Shown one piece after another: positions 61,470-64,000 of a stretch of DNA of 64,000 nt. The stretch's first letter is position 1. Each line of letters begins with the position of its first letter. Source of the DNA: Fimicolochytrium jonesii (Eukaryota). A program made the position numbers and the translations under genes. The DNA lies in contig NW_026515694.1 in the NCBI RefSeq assembly GCF_025526975.1, positions 186,001 to 250,000 of the forward strand, read 5' to 3'. The notes beneath the pieces are model-generated. The model did not search any database. It worked only from the letters and a program-made list of their open reading frames with translations, and was not told where the DNA came from.

Positions 61470-64000
61470 ATGCTACCAAAAGCTTCACAACCAGGTCGGA
61501 GAGGAAAAGCTGTTCCGCCGCCACCACGAGCAGCGGAACGAAGTGGGGATACCGCCTTGAGGAGCAGAAAGCGACCTGCGGTTGAAAGTGTACACGTGGA
61601 AGATGTTGGGGAAAGCAGCACGGAGGGACAGCCTTCACCTAAACGCATTCGAACTGTGGATGGTGCGAGATGGCAAAATCAAAGTCAGTGGGGAAGTGAA
61701 CCCAAGGCTCGCAGTGGACCAGCGAGAGTGGAGGAGAAGCCGGAGGAGAAAGTAGAGCCGAAGGCTTTGGACCCTTTCCTTAACTCGTTCTTTCGAAAGC
61801 CGGCGGCGGGACGAAGCCCGGCGAGCAGTATATCGCCTCAACCCGCGGTTACAAAAACAGTGGAACCGTCTCAAACAGGAGCAGAAGAGGATGACTCCGA
61901 CGAGGATGAGGAGTGGGAAGAATTGGGGACTGTCGAAGGGTCTCAGCTTCCTGTAAACCTTCCAGTTCCAGCGGTCGAGACGGCAGCGGTCGTTTCGCCC
62001 GCGGCCCCGACGGGTGGCTTCGAGATCTTGGTACCGCGAAATCTCGAACAGGAAGCTAAAGCAGCGGCGCTCGCGAAAAAGGCAGCAACGCGCGGTATAC
62101 GCAAAGCCGACCGAATCCGACGCATGCTGGCACATCGCATGCATTTGCTATGCTTGTTGACGTGTGGGGTGCTGAGGAACAGATGGTGCGACGACAAGGA
62201 GTTGCAGGCCGTGACTGTGTCTATCATTCCTGATGACATCTACAAGGGCCTGATAGCCGGGCCAACCGCTTCATCTCGATCTCGGAAAGGGAAGCAGACA
62301 CCGAAAAAGCAATTGCCCTATTACCTCGGCTTGCTTGCGGGCTGGTGGAAAGGGCAGATTGAGGTCAGAGACTCGCCGGATCTCAAGCTGACGGGATCAA
62401 AAATGTTGACGGAGAAGTTTTCCGAATATCTGGAAAAGAAGATGGAGGGTGACGATGGCTACTTACCTGGAGAGGTGTCTGCGTTGCTTTTCACGTCGGC
62501 ATGTCGAGGTTTGGGCATGAAGGCCAGGCTGGTATACTCTTTGCACCCCATTCCTCTCTCGCTGGCAACGAAAGCAACGAAATTGTCACCGAAGAAAGCA
62601 GAGATTCAACGCGGTGGACGGAGCGCTCCCGTATCAGACAATGACAGCGACGAAGTGGAGGCCACCGTGATAAGACCTGGCAGATTCACCGGCAGGCAAC
62701 GGAGGGAACCGAATGCCACAACTGCTATGAGTGTCCCATATCCTTTGGAATGCTGGTGCGAAGTTTACTCGGAGCAGGACGGAGACTGGATACCGGTGGA
62801 TCCTGTACGCGGGGTCGTGAACAACACAGCTGCTATGGAACCACCTGTATCTGCACCGATGCAGTTGCAGATCACATATGTGGTTGCATTCGAGTCAGGT
62901 GAGCCTAGTCTTGTCTCACAGTCACTGTCACGGGCGATACTCATCCGTCACGTCACGATAGGATTCGGCGTCAAAGACGTAACACAACGCTACACCTCTC
63001 AATGGGGCGCACGTACGATGCGGCTAAGGCTGCCTCCTGGCCCAGAGGGCGAAGATTGGTGGAAGCGGTCACTATGGTTCTTCTCGAATTCTGGCAGAAG
63101 CCGGGATGACGAACGGGAAGATACTCAATTGAAGAAGGCAGTGGTGCAGGAAAAGATGCCCCAGAGTTTGGCAGGTTTCAAGGATCATCCAATATATGCG
63201 TTGGAAAGGCATCTCAAGAAATATGAAGTGATCCATCCCCACGGGGTCGAACATTCCATTGGCAGGTTCAAAAACGACCACGTCTATCCCCGTAGTCTGG
63301 TGAAAGAGCTCCGAACTCCCGAGAACTGGATCAAGCTCGGCCTGCGGATAAAGGACGGCGAAGAGCCGTTCAAACACGTCAAAGCCAACGCAGTAACCAT
63401 CAACCGACGCCGCCAGATCGAGCTCGAGAAGTTGGACGAGCCAAGGGGACGGGAGGAGCGCGGCTTTGCGGGTGACTCCTCTATGACGGCGCTCTACGGC
63501 GAATGGCAGACGGCGGAGTATGTTGCCCCGCCGCTCGTGGACGGAGTCATTCCCAAGAACTCGTTTGGGAATATCGAGGTGTTTCACCCGCGGATGATTC
63601 CGCCGGGTTGTGTTCATTTACCTTGTAGGCAATGGTTCCGATTGGACTGTGTCACGGGCCCCCCTCGCTAACCTACTTCTCCGCAGTGCCCGGCGTAAAT
63701 GTCCTTGCCAGGAAGCTCGGCATTGAACATGCCGTCGCAGTGGTGAGTTCTTAGTGGAGTCTGGCCTTACTCAATCATTCGTATCACATGGACATCTCAT
63801 CAAACTCTTTTCCATCTGCTCGTCATCACAGACAGGGTTTGAGTTCCATCGCGGCAAATCAACACCAGTCAAAAACGGCGTAGTCGTAGATGCAGAATTT
63901 GAAGACGTGCTTACAGCGGCTTACGAAGAGAACCAACAGCGTCTTCGCGAACAGGAACTAAAGAAACGCGAGAAGAGGGTATATGGGCATTGGAGGAAGT
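61470..64000 (+). CDS. RAD4: Nucleotide-excision-repair damage sensor Rad4/XPC (3' end outside the window)
   Basis: H.MHLLCLL...VLRNRWCDD, ACRGLG..ARLV.SL.P, WCEVY, KDVTQRY, FKDHPIYALERHLKKYEVI, LYGEWQT..Y..P...DG.IPKNSFGNIE, AVTGFEF. Confidence 0.95.

Overview
Gene-dense eukaryotic DNA with many short GT-AG introns (mostly about 60-110 nt). The fungal gene content (trifunctional HIS4, CHO2, STT4, SSO-type syntaxin, COX20, AIM19) plus RED/IK suggests an early-diverging, chytrid-like fungus; this is inference, not a lookup. Splicing by hand gives about 25 genes. In order: divergent TAF12-like histone-fold gene (-), eIF1A (-), SPT4 (+), PRP16 (-), AIM19-like (+), rhomboid (-), SSO syntaxin (+), micro-exon COX7-like (-), Harbinger-transposase-derived gene (+), HIS4 (+), condensin BRN1 (-), DUF676 esterase (+), CHO2 (+), Ser-rich orphan (+), RED (-), VMA10 (+), ATP16 (-), mitofissin/Atg44-like gene with a long tail (-), THP3/LENG8-like (+), CCCH-RRM protein (-), MRPS8 (+), triple-KH protein (-), STT4 (+), COX20 (-) and RAD4 (+, runs off the window). 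I found no rRNA, tRNA, CRISPR array or intact mobile element. Most notable: (1) an intact Harbinger/PIF transposase gene lacking two of three catalytic residues, a domestication candidate; (2) a mitofissin domain visible only after splicing, fused to about 280 disordered residues; (3) a TAF12-like paralog with a histone-H4-tail-like exon; (4) possible CUG initiation of THP3/LENG8; (5) a perfect Gcn4 site upstream of HIS4. All family calls come from motif recognition by eye; no database searches were run.
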